DNA from: Leptogorgia sarmentosa | Taxonomy: Eukaryota | Assembly: GCA_964658305.1 (NCBI GenBank) | Contig: OZ210885.1 | Location: 8,680,001 to 8,744,000, forward strand | Length of the DNA stretch: 64,000 nt | Direction: 5' to 3' | Shown here: positions 1 to 14,427 of the stretch, piece by piece | How the letters are laid out: each line of letters begins with the position of its first letter | Position numbering within the stretch: the first letter of the stretch is position 1 | Program-made: the position numbers and the translations under genes | Notes under the pieces: generated by a model | The model's input: the letters and a program-made list of their open reading frames with translations, nothing else | Database searches by the model: none | Told to the model about the DNA's origin: nothing

Positions 1-348
1 GGGACAAGGTTTATCGGCTTCTAAATATCACAATATTTTGCTTTTTCGATTCGCTACAAGTCGATTTACCATGTTTATACTTCGCATGTAAGAAAACATA
101 CTATTTTGCGTTGCTGCATACTATAAATTTACGAGCATTTTGAAAGTCCGAATGCCCATTGCGTAATACTGCATGTCGCATATTTCTAGCCATGATCTTT
201 TTAAAGGCAAGACTTCACAAAATATTTACAAACTTTACTCCAAAAGAACACGAGCGAACATTATTGGCTGGAAATTGTTTCATATCAAAGACTGACTTGA
301 ATATTTAAAACGTTTTATGCAAATAAATGTAGTATTTCGCACCGAATA

Positions 349-660
349 TCATTGTTGTCAATTTCCTGGACGCTGATTGGCTAAAAAGCTTCAACAACTG
401 TGCAAATTAAACTTTAATTTGCACAGTGTGCAAATTAAACTTAATTGCACGGTTTCGAGCCCGCGATACATTATAAAAACAAATAAATCAACGCTTAAAT
501 CAACGCTAAAATTCTTGTTTTTTCTGTCATTTATTGTCAACTTTGGAGAAAAAAGGTTAGTGAACATGTACTACAATGATATCAATACGAAATTACACTT
601 GTTCTCGAAGTATTAATGAAAAATTGCAATTTTTCATTAATACTTCTCGAACCGTGTAAT
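349..660. repeat. Dispersed non-autonomous repeat (inverted copy at ~45740-46050)
   Basis: CATTGTTGTCAATTTCCTGGACGCTG...TCATTTATTGTCAACTTTGG... matches the reverse complement of 45740-46050; boundaries approximate. Confidence 0.7.
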
Positions 661-3600
661 TTCCTATACAAATTCAAGTTTATTTTAGTCCGAATAACGT
701 ACGGATGACAAATGGTTCTCCAAATTACAAAAATGCCAATAAAACAAAGATAAAAGCTGATATTTTGACTGTTTTCAAACAGAAATATGAATTTCCGATC
801 GTGTTGCCATGACAACACCCTCAGGCAGCCTCTGAAGTACTTCATGTTCCAAAAATATAGTTGCATTAATTGGTCAGTAAGGCGAGGGGTTGCTGCATTA
901 TATGTATTTCTAGTTATACTAGTATAACGCGTTTTAGGCCTACCTATGTAGGTATCTTCGGATACCATTGTAAGGTAGATCGCTATGCCCTAGTTTTAAG
1001 CTGCGGTTTTATAAGGAAAAGTTTAAATATTTTTAAATCAGTTTTGACTGTTCAATAAATTATTTGAACTACAAATGCACAATGTCAATGACATTGAATC
1101 ATTCATACAACCATAATATGAAGATATTTCAACATACGCACAATATACGCACCACCAACTAGTTAAATTAGATAGAAACGACTCAATGAGTTTAATATAG
1201 GCCGTGGGCTGTTCGCGAAACAGACTTTCGATTGGGGCTTCGCTACTTCAACACTAGCACAGTCAGCAACAGATGCCGTACTTGAATTTGGAGCCATTCG
1301 TAAAGAATTTTTGTAGGAAAATCACTTAAAAATCTCTATCAAAGTAAAACGTGTTGTTGTAGCTTCAGCAGTTGCGAAATTCATGAGCCAGCTTGGATGA
1401 CGCACATCATTTGCGCATGTGCAGAACTGCGATAATCATGTATTTAGCAAGTCAGGAATTTCGCGTCACAACGGATTCTCTAAAACATTGGCCAACAAAC
1501 TTAGATAAAAATCACATCCTAATCCTGAAGATGACTAAATGAAGTCGAAACGTTGAATCAAAATGCTTATACGTTATTCGGAGTTACCATTGTAGTGTAT
1601 TTCATGAAAATACTCAGTGGTTCGCGTAATAATTACACTCTTACAGTAAATCTAAGGCACGTAAGCATCGCATGGTAAAGAATTTGAAGAGAAGCGGCGA
1701 AAAATGATATAAATGGTCCGAAAATGAAAAAATATTAGAAATTTAATGTTGTGAAATTTGTATAGTGTTGTGAATTGCTTCGGATCTCGTGAATGAGTTA
1801 AGCAACGCTTGCACACAGGTGGATTTTGGCCAATAATTGGGGCTGTCTTCTCCAACCACAGCAGTTCAAGCGTTCGAATAAAGTTGTCCGCTTACTCTTT
1901 TTTACACTTAAGTTACTCTTTTTTACACTAAAGTTGTCCGCTTACAAATCACGACGGAATCATGAAGGAATCTTGACATGATCTCGTAGGATCAACCGTG
2001 TCTGGGGATGTCGAAGCGAGGATTTAAAATAGTTGATGAATTACGGACGATGAATGAGGTCAACCAACATTACATATTTTTCCTATAGGTTACGCCAACA
2101 CATCAAAAACCAAAATACCAACAATGTCCGCTTTGCAGAGGTACTAGATAGATAGATAAGTCGTTGAAAAATTATATACTAACACACTTACCAAAAACTT
2201 AGGTTGATTTCCACAAGAGGCGACCGGAGTAAAGATTGTTCCTAGAGAAATCAGAAATATATCATGAAGTCAAAAAAAACGTTTCATTATACTTTGATTT
2301 TTTAGGAGGTGTGTTTTTGGCAAAAAATTTCTTGTTGGATATGGTACAAATTTGTCAGTCAAGAGTCTTCGCACAACAGTGATAGTAGCAATTATTTAAA
2401 TATTGTATAGCAGTGAAACAAGATTTAGTGTACAATAAGGATGGCCTCAAGTGCACAGTAGAATACTTGCAGACTCCCGGGATACGCGAGACAGAAGAAT
2501 ATCGGTGTAATCAATAGTGATGCTCGTTTTGCTCGATTAAAGGCCTTATTCAAATGCTTAAAATAAAGGATTCTATAATCTATCTGTCAATGTTGTTTCT
2601 TACATACCTTTCTACGTTAATACGATCCTACCATCAGAAAAGTTGAATTTAACGTTGAACTCAAATGACAAATTTGAATTTAACTCCCTACAAACGCAAA
2701 TAAATATGGTTTTTGCCTTTCGTTTCGTGGTGGACAAGCAACTACACACATTCATTATTAAATACAAGCACTGCCACTATTCATCACCAAAAGGCATACG
2801 ATAGAAATACATTCACCATATATACATCCGTATACATCTGTATATACATTTTAAGCATTTGTTTTTGCCAACAACAAAATGTGATGATCCAGAAAGATCA
2901 TTTCGAGTAAATGCCCCCCTTCCAGCGGCAATTTGTAATTAAGTAACTCCCAACGAAGGGCCTTCGCTCAAAACGTCCAATCTTCTGCTGACACACATGG
3001 CGAGGCGTTATGAAGATAAATCTTCCATGAATCTTGCAACATTTTGGGAAAATTTTGTCGAGGCCTTTAACATGTGTTATGCCATGAATTTATAAGATCA
3101 TGATTGAATGATAATACAATCTTGGCAAGAGCATGGCAAGATCTCGGATCATGGGTAATTTGTGGCAACAGAATGGGAAGATCCAGCAAAATCATGAAGA
3201 TTTAGAAATACAGATACAAAAGGAGATAACGATACAAAAGGAGAGAAACTACCCACAAAAAATGAAATCCTAATTTTAACATTATGTTGAAATTGGGTTA
3301 ATGTCTGAGTGCGATGACTGATTATCGACAACCAGCAATTTTTTTTCCCACTATCTACATATTAAATGATACCACAAGGTTTGACATTTTGAACAACTGG
3401 GCCCTTTGTCAGGAAATATTGTGGTAGATGAGAGACACATGGGGTTATATACAATTGCATTAAGTAATCTATATGTAAGTGACTAAAATAAAAACCATAT
3501 TGGAAAACCATTGACAACAAAGATGTTAATATGTTCACCCTCATAAAAATAATATGTGCACTTTTCCTTAACTATCAACACTGATTCTCGATCAAGGAGC

Positions 3601-6600
3601 ACCTCATGCTTGTTGATTCTGTTATCCGCTGGTAATACTGACCACATTCTGAAGTTTGTTACTGGACAATTAACTTACCTTAATTTATTTTATAATTTCA
3701 GGAAACTAAATGTTCTAATTTGGCAGCCTTGATTCAGGTTGAAAATCAAGTTTTTCACACTCTGTATTGTTGTTGGATGATGTCAACAGATGAACCAATC
3801 ACATTTCTATGAGGAGATAAGAAAATGGGGCAGAGCCAGTGTTAATTTTGACAAGAAATCAACAATTTCATTGATGTTTCATAGACTAACTAAATGTTGT
3901 GGTCTACTTTATTATAACATGACCCAAACTAAAAAAACAGTGCCCCCTCCCCTTGTTCTGCCCCACCCCCCATCTATACTCTAAGATATCGGCAAAGTAC
4001 AGGAATATATAATAAATGAGGTAATCAATGTGAGGATTATATATACTGTAGCTACCATGTTTAAGACCTGATCATGACCAGGGATGGGAAGTAAAACACT
4101 TAATGTTCTTTGGCAGTATCTGTGGCAGTTTGATTTTGTTTGGACAGTATTATATAACAACTGAGCAATAACAACCAACCATCTGCACAAATACAAGATA
4201 AATCTACATGAACTTAAAGTTATTACTCGACAAGTGACTTCTATAGCTCGGTCGGTCAGAATGCTGGTCTGGAATCTCATGGTTACAATTCCTTACAGTC
4301 AGGTTTTATAGATTCAAACAGTTTATAAACTTATCATATATAAGCTAACATATCTGACAATGAAAATTAAAGTAAAATGTGCGAGAGGCAGGGGGATTTT
4401 TCCAGTAAGTGGCAGAAAGAAACTCATGTCTAGTTTGACAGTTTATGTACATGCAAACTGGAATTTAAGGAATGAAAACATGCGGGCAAAAAACATGCAT
4501 GATTTGTTTTGCAGTTTCAGGCCCACTCATATTCTTTCTGCAATATTCAATGCATTATTTTCAATCAGCAATTCAATCCATCCAGATTGAAATCAAAATC
4601 AAAATTGACTCAATCTAGAATGAGTTGTAACTCAATTCAGATTGATGTAGTCAAATCTAATCCAATCCCTTATTAGCCTTATGATTTCAAAACACAAATG
4701 AAATATGTAGATCTGATCTAAATCTGAGGTAAAAACACTCTAAATTCAATTGTGACACTTGAAATTTGCAGTGAAATATATCATCAGTATGTAAATCAAT
4801 ATGGTTTTATAGAACTTCACTCAATGTGAAAATTTTTGAGGGGAGTTAATGTGTCTTAATATTGAGTAAAAATTATACACATGCTGGGACAGTTGCTGCA
4901 ATGTATTAAAATGCTCCAAAATGTCTTTTTGTCAAATTTCTGGTTGTGTAGTTTTTATTTTTTGATGGAGATTGACATCCTTGTAACATCAAAACATGAT
5001 TGAATTCTTGTGGTATAAAACAGCTATAAATATATGTAACACAAAACTTGTTTGCTGGGCAAATAATAGAATTGTCTTCACTATTTAACAAATTTATATT
5101 AAGCATAGTATAATTGTACTGAAAGAATGTGGGTTAGCAGAGCAAAAGCTAGAGGTTTTGGTGGTGTTTTTAGAGCAAGTGAAGGCCCTGTGTAACAGGG
5201 AATGCTCTGGACTTATTTGCCATGCTAGGAATCACCAGCTAGGTCACAAACTACTGATGCAATATACAACTTGATGCATGCTGTACTACAGTATAAAGTC
5301 AATGATGATAGGGTTAGAGTTTCTATATCATTTATTAATGTATGTCTGAACACAGCTCGGCTTAGTCACTGCCAAGAAATTTGTATGGAATGGGCTGGAA
5401 TGCCTTAGAAAAGCTGTAGGAAAAATCATTAATGAACGGGACAAAATTAGCCACTGAATTCACCGAAGTGTACAGTATATATTGTTATGAACACCCTGTT
5501 TCATGAGAAGGTGAATTTTAGCCTACGTAGTTACTGATATTATTTCACAAACATTAAATCATGATTGTAACCTTGTCATATGAAATGCAGCTATAAATAT
5601 TTGTAAGCAAATCTTGCTTAGTAAGCCATATTCCCCTCGTTAGCAATTTCTATTAGCATTAGTAATATCATTATTGAAAAATTCCGTGTTAACAGAGCGA
5701 AAACTTTTAGGTTTTGGTGGAGTTTTCAGCAAATAAATTCTGATAGCGATATAAACTCGCTTGAAATGGCAATCAATACAATCATGTGTGGCAAAATATA
5801 AACGTACAGCATGAAGATTTAGCTTCCGGCTTTGGTCCTTCGCAGTTCGTTCATTATTTCGAGCATATTATACTTATTTGTAAACTTATTACGGTTGAAT
5901 ATATTTGTTCCGTCATTTGTGTCGTTCATGTCTAACGTATTTTCCTTTCAACGGGTATATTGCTTTCCTAACACACGGCATCTTCGCAGCTCTGTGACGG
6001 GAAATCCTACGGGAATTTCTTTGGTTTACTAGACATTTAAATCAAACTCACCTCGTTTGTTATCCCTGTCCCGCTTTCAAATATTCGTCAATGTAGTATG
6101 ATTGCGATTATATTGACAGAGAACGAAATACATGAAACTCACTGCTACAATAAAGCACAGACTGGCTAAAATATTAAAACTCTGAGTGTAATCAGAACAT
6201 GGCTTGAGAAAAGGGGAAATCCCTTTCAATTTCCGGCAGATTAAAATTCAGCCTGCGAGAACTTGAGAATGCCTTGGAAAATAGTTTTAAAATTCCTTGA
6301 ATTTTCCTTTAGTTTCTATCAATATGTCACTTCGATTTCTCTATCGTGCTACCATCAGACGTGAAAGTCAAACATATTTTATAACCATATTGTATACAAA
6401 GAGAAAATGACGGTAACACATCTATCTAAGGCTTAAAATGTCGTTTGTGAAATTCAGGTAGAGTTATGACTTTTGCTGCCTTTATTTCACTAAATACATC
6501 ACAGTTGCCCACATTTCAGTAAGACTTCTGCTCTAAAATATCATCTTGGAGGCTCAAAATGAAAGTGGAGATTAATCACAGTCTACGTAGCCAAGAGCTA

Positions 6601-9600
6601 TGCGATACTACCCCCATTGGAATCTCTAAATTTTTATCCTAACTACAGCGCGCAACTTAAACTTCATCCGATATACCAGAATATGATTTTTAATTTCTGC
6701 ACATTCACTGCGGATCAGTATAGATAGTATCGTGCAAAATATAACGCGAAACCTGCTCAGCATAAGCAATTTTGTGTGCCATTCTTGATCGGTAATCCCT
6801 TCGATTTGTAAGCGTGGATTAAACAGTCTTCCTATATTCTTGCTAGCATATTATAACCCAGCAAAAAATTGAGAAAGTTACAGCCCACTCTGGGCCATGG
6901 GCACTGCTGCGCTTGTAGAAAATAGTTCGAATTTCTCGTATGATATTTTTAAAGACTTTGTATTCTACTCTACATTGCAAAGGCATAGGAAAATATCCGC
7001 GAGTACACGCAGTCTGCATTCCGCAGTAATCGCATTGGCCGAGTCAAGCTAGGAATGTTACATTTCGATCGAAATATTTTTAATACAGCAAATATCGTTT
7101 AATGTCATAACGTACAGTCTTTACCGTGTAAAAGTACGAAACATAAAAGCGCAAAGATTTTTGTTCCATAACAATGATCTTCTATGAATTTAATTGAGAA
7201 GAAGAAAGCGTGCTGAACCCATGAGTAAACACACTAAATTGCAATCCATCTTGACACTGTAGGTCCTATTAATTAATTATTCGAATTTTCTGATGCCCTA
7301 CAATTTTATTTGTCAAATGGAAACCACTTTCTTGTTTACTCATCCTAACTTAATGTGAAACAAATTTCATACGCATATCTTGATCAACGTATTTTACAAG
7401 TTAAATCCTCACTACATGCATATCACTTGAGTGGGAAGCTAAAACATTACATCTGGCAAATATCTGTCTCAACGCGTCTTTGCGCACAATAGCTAATCTC
7501 AATGGCTTTGAAGGTCAACTTGTCAAGTATGTTTGATATTATTGTAGCTACGATATAAAGCAAAACAGAAAAACGATGTAATAAATGATTTGGTGATTGT
7601 AATAAATGTAGTGGTGTCCAAAAGAATGAGGCCGTAGCTGTTATGGAAAATTCGCATTGGGAACATTTCTTTGAAGCCGCGACACATATGAAATGAAATA
7701 ATGATATTTGATACGAATTGTGTTTATAATGTGCTAGACTGACACAGCTAGCTAGCAACCGAAATGTTTTCAATTGCATGAAGCGCATAAAACGTCTTTA
7801 AGGCAACGTGAATGCTCACTCCAATAGCTGCATTTAGGGATGGAAAATAACCACTCATTCAATGTCGTCTCTATCAATCACGTTATTCATTTATAAGTGG
7901 AACTGCTAAATCTTCTAGTCCGACTTAGCCTACCTCGAGGTTCATAAGTCCATAAAGTTCCGCATTTTTGTATCGCAGCTGATTAAACCCTGATTTACGT
8001 CTGCGTTGTGCATATTATATAAATTTATCAAATTTAAAGTCATTTCTCAGTGATTCCAATTCATCATTCGAACCAACTTACAATTTCCACATTAAATACA
8101 CCGCGGGTGTCTTAGCACACAGCCCACTTCGTTCCTTCTTGAGATGGTAACTTCGAAATAGTAAAAATATAGTATGCTGCTCAAGTTCAGTGACCTGGTC
8201 TGGCAGAAACATTATCTGTATGTACATTTACTATAAATCTGTGTATAGTAAATCTATGAATCTATAAATCAGGATCAAGACCTTTCGGTGATTTACACGA
8301 ACAAAGGCAACTGATACTTGTAGGGTGAATCTGCAGATATCTCACATCATAACAGTGAGAATATTTCAGCGCATATTATGAAATTTCACACTAATAATCA
8401 GTCATTATATCAGTGCATTATGTATCAGCGATATGTAAAAATTATGTTAGGTTAACTTTTCAATTTTAAAACCTACAATATTGTTGCAAATACTTCCAAA
8501 TCATTCTGAATCATGTCTCGTATTGCATATTTCAATAAATATGAGTAGACCTTGTTTGTGCTTTTGCCTTGTCTTATGGTTATGCAAGCTATAACAATAA
8601 CATGTGTAGGTAGCATTATACAACACGCTGAACCGGGAAAATATTCAATTCGAATCCGCGCCCATTATACATTTATCCATCTTAGAATAATTCACATTTC
8701 TCGTATTGTATAGCATATTTTAAGATCATTTTGCACCACATTCCAAAGGCATTTGCGAGTGTACACAGTCTGCATTCCACAATAATCGCGTTGGCTAATT
8801 GACACTAGAAATATGATGTTTCTTACCTTTATTTGAGTATGTCTATCGCAACATTTTGAATAAATCTTTTCTTGTGCTATATCGTACGGTCTTTACGTTC
8901 AAAGTACTAAACATAAAAGTGTAAAGACTTCGGATCCCAAATAGATAATCTTCTTTTAGTTTCAAAACGAAAGCGAAAATAAACATTAGGCCGTACGTAT
9001 GCCGAGAGCAATGCGAAAAAATATTGAAACCTGACACGTTAAAAATACATGACATGTTGCTTGGGAAACAAATAAAACTTCAATCAAGAGTATCGAAAGG
9101 GGGTTAACATACGCAGTTTAATTTCCTCACAGTTGACTATGGCCTCTTTCTACTACGTACGACTTGTGTTAATTATAAATTGCATTGCACATCAATTTGG
9201 CTGCCTGTTATAATTTAGTTGGCGTAACTGTAAAATTATGACTTAAAACATTTAAAAATTAGTAATAGATACCATATAGTGTCATAGATTAACTCGGAAT
9301 AAAAATAGGTGCGGAAATCTAGCTATAAAATAGTAAACCAGAATATATCGCCAATCTCTCAACGCCTCTCGTGAATACCGCTGGGTTACGTTAGTGCATG
9401 ATGGAAATGTTTATTGGTACTGAAGCAGATAACCTTGATTGTCAATGCTTGAACTCATTAACTCCAATTATTTTACTCTGATGTCAGATGATATTACTTA
9501 CTGACCAAAAAAAAGCGATGATTATCAATGACTTACCCATTAAATTGAAAATACACCTTGATCAGTACTACTTTATCTTTGGACACATTCTAATGCCCGA

Positions 9601-10620
9601 CAATTCATATTTCATTTGACAAGCGAAAACCACTGTGTTTTTAACGAGTTAGCAAAAAAGTCATCCAGAATGCTCAGTTAGAGCATTCAACTGCAATATG
9701 GCCCGATACACCCTTCTCAATCAACCAATAACTGATGGCGCAATCTTAACTCCTGAGCTAACCTTTATGCAAGCACTTGATTAGCAACAATCTATCCAGC
9801 ATAAATACTGTCAGATTGGTCAGGCAGGAGCAGTGCTTGTAATAGACAGATTACTAATCATGTAATGTAGGATTGGAACTGCCATAGGCTATTTTCTTAT
9901 CCATGGTGATCGACGACTGTGCTTATCACAGGAAAATTATGTTCGTATCTTTGTTAGACAGGAATTTAGGTACTTAGGAGTTTACGTAGAGAAAAGGTGT
10001 GCTGCTGCCCAACATCGAGCAGTATTAGTTGAGGTATTCCTGGAGTGAGAATCCACACGGAACTGTGGAAAGATAAAGTGAAGTAGCTAAAGGGAAACAT
10101 ATGCAAGTTATTCTTATTATCCATAGTTTTTAACTGCGTGTTACATCATATTGTATTTCAATAAATATGATTAGGTAACATAGAACACAACTGAAACGGG
10201 ACTATTGGTGCGAGTGACTTGCGCGCACTCGCTACGCGCGAGTCGAGTCTATGTTACTCGAGGACGGTACTGTAACTTGATACAAGAGCTTTCTTTATGG
10301 CATGGAATGAACTTAGCAACCAAACAAAACAGCTGGCAATTTAAACACAAAACGAATGTGTTGATATATTATTTGCACAAGACAACACTTTGCCCCGCGT
10401 CTACAAAAGAGGCCAGCGAAACCGAAATTCAGAAATTGGAAATTGGAACCGTCTTACAGGTGAGCTTATACGCTATACGTTAAGCAAATATAGGATCAGT
10501 GGATTTATATATTCCGCATCTTGAATTTATGCAAAGAAGTTGTACAATGTTTCACGCAATGTTAAGCAACATGATAAATAATACTCACTTTGAAAAACAT
10601 GGGTCATTAACAATGACACA

Positions 10621-12257
10621 CACTGGAAAAATATCCATACTATGTAAATAGTATGTGAAGTCCAACTTCCATAGTATGTAAATGGTGTTTACATACTATT
10701 TACATATCATGTAAATGATTTACATGTTATCATACGATGTAAATAGTTTGTAACTATTTACACACCCTCAAATTTTACATACTATGTAAAATAACTACAA
10801 TTATTTCAATTACTTGTAAATTGCAGTTGGTGAACTAACATGTAAATTAACTGTAAATAGTTTGTAAATGTATCCATATATAGCATGTAAATTATATGTA
10901 CATGTGTTACGTCCGTATCGTAGGTTAGTGAAATACATGGAAATGCGCGAGCCATGCCATAGACGATCTTGCAAGTGTATTGCAAAGCAATCACGCCGCG
11001 CGAAATCTGAAGAATGCTTTGCATGTCGTCGCTCATGAAATTGTGATTTACGTGAGAATTTACACTTTACGAGTGGAGGAAAGGAAGGCAAGCAGATGCT
11101 GTCTAATAGATTGGATCAGGGTGAAACCACGGTAAGAACCTTTGATAACTTAAAGTTTATATATTGACATTTGAAAAGTTAAAGTTTATGTCATTGTGGT
11201 TGGCAGATACCGGTTGTATAAAAACGTACTTAAAGTTAACTATAGTTAAGTGCGAAAATTTACCAATCCATCATAAAGCGTATTTCAAAGTTAAGTACCA
11301 TTTAACTACAAAATGGATAGTTAAAAAGAGATTTATACAACCGAGATGTGAAATTTGATATTTACATAACGTACAGTATAATCACTTTTTACCTTGTGCC
11401 AACTACTACTGTATTATGCAATATTTACATACTATTTACAAACAAGTTCAGTGATATTTCCATAGTATTTACAAAGAAGTTGTCTGATATTTCCATAGTA
11501 TTTACAAACAAGTAGTCTGATATTTACATACTATTTACAAACAAGTTCAGTGATATTTCCATAGTATTTACAAAGAAGTTGTCTGATATTTCCATAGTAT
11601 TTACAAACAAGTTGTCTGATATTTACATACTATTTACAAACAAGTTCAGTGATATTTCCATAGTATTTACAAAGAAGTTGTCTGATATTTACATAGTATT
11701 TACAAACAAGTTCAGTGATATTTACATTGTATTCACAAAGAAGTTGTCTGATATTTACATAGTATTCACAAAGAAGTTGTCTGATATTTACATAGTATTT
11801 ACAAACAAGTTCAGTGATATTTACATTGTATTCACAAAGAAGTTGTCTGATATTTACATAGTATTCACAAAGAAGTTGTCTGATATTTACATAGTATTTA
11901 CAAACAAGTAGTCTGATATTTACATACTATTTACAAACAAGTTCAGTGATATTTACATAGTATTTACAAACAAGTAGTCTGATATTTACATACTATTTAC
12001 AAACAAGTAGTCTGATATTTACATACTATTTACAAACAAGTTCAGTGATATTTCCATAGTATTTACAAAGAAGTTGTCTGATATTTACATACTATTTACA
12101 AACAAGTTCAGTGATATTTACATACTATTTACAAAGTAGTTGTCTGATATTTATATAGTATTTACAAACAAGTTGTATGTCAAAGTACCATTAGTATGTA
12201 AATGTGACAAATTACATACTATTTACATAGTATGGAAGAGCTCTAATTTTTCCAGTG
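10621..12257. mobile_element. Non-autonomous EnSpm/CACTA-type (CACTG-ended) DNA transposon containing a minisatellite
   Basis: Termini CACTGGAAAAA / TTTTTCCAGTG; subterminal inverted match TCCATACTATGTAAATAGTATGT; 3-bp TSD ACA at 10618-10620 and 12258-12260. Confidence 0.75.
11420..12175. repeat. 33-bp minisatellite, a little over 20 units
   Basis: Unit approximately ATATTTACATAGTATTTACAAACAAGTTGTCTG, with alternating AAACAAGTTCAGTG / AAAGAAGTTGTCTG variants. Confidence 0.95.
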
Positions 12258-14427
12258 ACAGTACCTTAAAAACCTCGCACTCTAGTTCACTAGTTGAGTG
12301 CTTACAGCGACTGATAATTGCAGTAGACGGCTCAGGCATGTTACCATATAGTAACTTTCCTTTACAATAATTGATTTTTTCGGTAGTCAAAATATTTTGC
12401 TATTTACATTTTGCCGTTAAGAGAAAAACCTGAACCTGTCATCATCAACATAGCTGCAATTCGACAGATCCTGTGTGTAAACTGACCCATTTTGGTAAAT
12501 AATATTTGAGATGAATTGTCCCTCATTAGGCATTTAAGTTTGAGATGTTTGCGGCACATGGCTAACCGCAAACGGCAATTCGTATATTGAGTTCTGCTGT
12601 TCGTTGTCCTGCTGTTCGTTGTCCGAAGTTGGGCTGATTCAGAAAACTGAAGGGTGAATCATTTTTACTGCCGAAAACTTGTAGAACTTATTTTTAAATA
12701 GGTGTCTCGATTGTCTCTTGTTTGTATGCGTTTGTATTCTTGCGTTGTGTGTTTGCGTCTCAACAACAATCGAGAGCAGTAAGCGGAGGTTCTTTCAATA
12801 AGTTACGTTCTGAGTAATGACGGACGATCACACAATAGTTTCTAAATTCTAACATATATTCCTTAATTACATATAGTAGCTCTCATTACGCGAGCCCGTT
12901 CAACTATATACAAATCATAAAACATTATAAACGTGTAGATGTGTTCAGAATGCGAGTGTAATCTAAAACCCTAGTGAATTGTTCCAGGGGCGGATCCAGA
13001 CCATATCGAACGTATCAGCTGATACGGTCAGATTTTCCCAAATATATCCATTCTGTGATTAAATCACAGGTTTTAAAAACGTATTAAATAGTAATATCTT
13101 ACGTCATTTATATTCTTCAAATTATTTTGAAAATAATTTGGAAAATGTCGACCATATTGTGTAAGTATTCTAAATTCTAAATTTTCAAATATTTAAATAT
13201 TAAATATAAATATTAAATTATATAATTTAATTATCTTCGGTTTCCGACCAAAACCGAAGATTAATTGAATTATATTTGAAAATTTAGACGAAATACTGCG
13301 CCTGCGATCATGATGCGGTCACTGATACGGTCAGTACCATTTTGTTTCCCGAAATAGTAACATTCCGATAATTTTTGATACTGTGTCGTCATTCTACGAC
13401 TGATCCACCAATCAGAATGCAGAATTTCGATGTTCTGATACGGCGCTTGATACGGTCGATACGGTGGCGAAATTAAAATAAATGTGTTGCGCAATATTTA
13501 CATGCCTCGGTAAATAATATTGTTGAACTTCGTGAATTTGTCGTTCGCAAGGCTTCGAGTGGCAGATATAAATCATATAATATTATATACTGTAATGTTG
13601 ATAAATTAATACATATTCGCCATGTCGAGTGATGCAAAATGTGCTCTCTCGGATCAAACGGATTTTTGCCAATTCATGCCAAAATGATGGTTGTGATAAA
13701 TGATAATGAATTGAAGCTCTTGCGAGATTACTGCGAAGGTACTGTTAAATCTATTATTACTTAGCAATGTTGACATCAGGAAAATCGTGTGGATACATGA
13801 ATTTTCAAAGATGAATTTACAAAAGTTCAGCTAGAGAGATGTGCTCGAAATATTCCAGTCCATTTTACATTACATATTTTTAAATATGTAATAAAACAAT
13901 ACAATACGCTGCCAAATGATTATATATTTAAAAATATATAATCATTTGGCAGCATAGTGTCTGTGTGCGACAAATATGTAAATCATATCTCTAGACTCTG
14001 TGATCATGCATGATTATGTAAATTATTATTTACAGTTTACTATACTGGCTATATACTTTGCATATTTTGTTATGAATATTAGTTGTTGCTATAAATAATC
14101 ATTGAGAGACACGGTCAGATTTTCCAGAACTTGAGATGATCATTAATTTATTAATTTAACATTATAAAAACTTGATTTACAAATGAAAAACACGAAAGGC
14201 TGCAGGGCGTTGCGATCGGATGGTTTGGGAGGTGCTCAGCTGGGTCCCCTAAATCATCGCCCTGTGAGCAAAAATTGTTCTTTCATCAACAAATTTAAAT
14301 CGAGGTTTAGGTCTTACTCCATTATCAGAACGCAGGAAATGGCACTTGCGGTTCAAATTTCAGAAATTTTCTGTGTTCCCCGGCCCTGCCTCCCCCTTAC
14401 GAATGCTTGTCATGTAATATATTGCGC

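Noticed and set aside
4240..4285. tRNA gene (TAGCTCGGTCGGTCAG...), and similar sequence near 62990-63080
   Set aside because: Only an A-box-like half with no cloverleaf; at most degenerate SINE heads
3500..6200. Minus-strand spliced gene suggested by donor-like sites (CTTAC near 3675, CTCACCT near 6047)
   Set aside because: No coherent coding exons or recognisable protein could be assembled
11420..12175. CRISPR array, or the repetitive 110-aa ORF at 11579-11911
   Set aside because: Contiguous 33-bp units with no unique spacers and no cas genes, in a eukaryotic context; the ORF is a by-product of a repeat length divisible by 3
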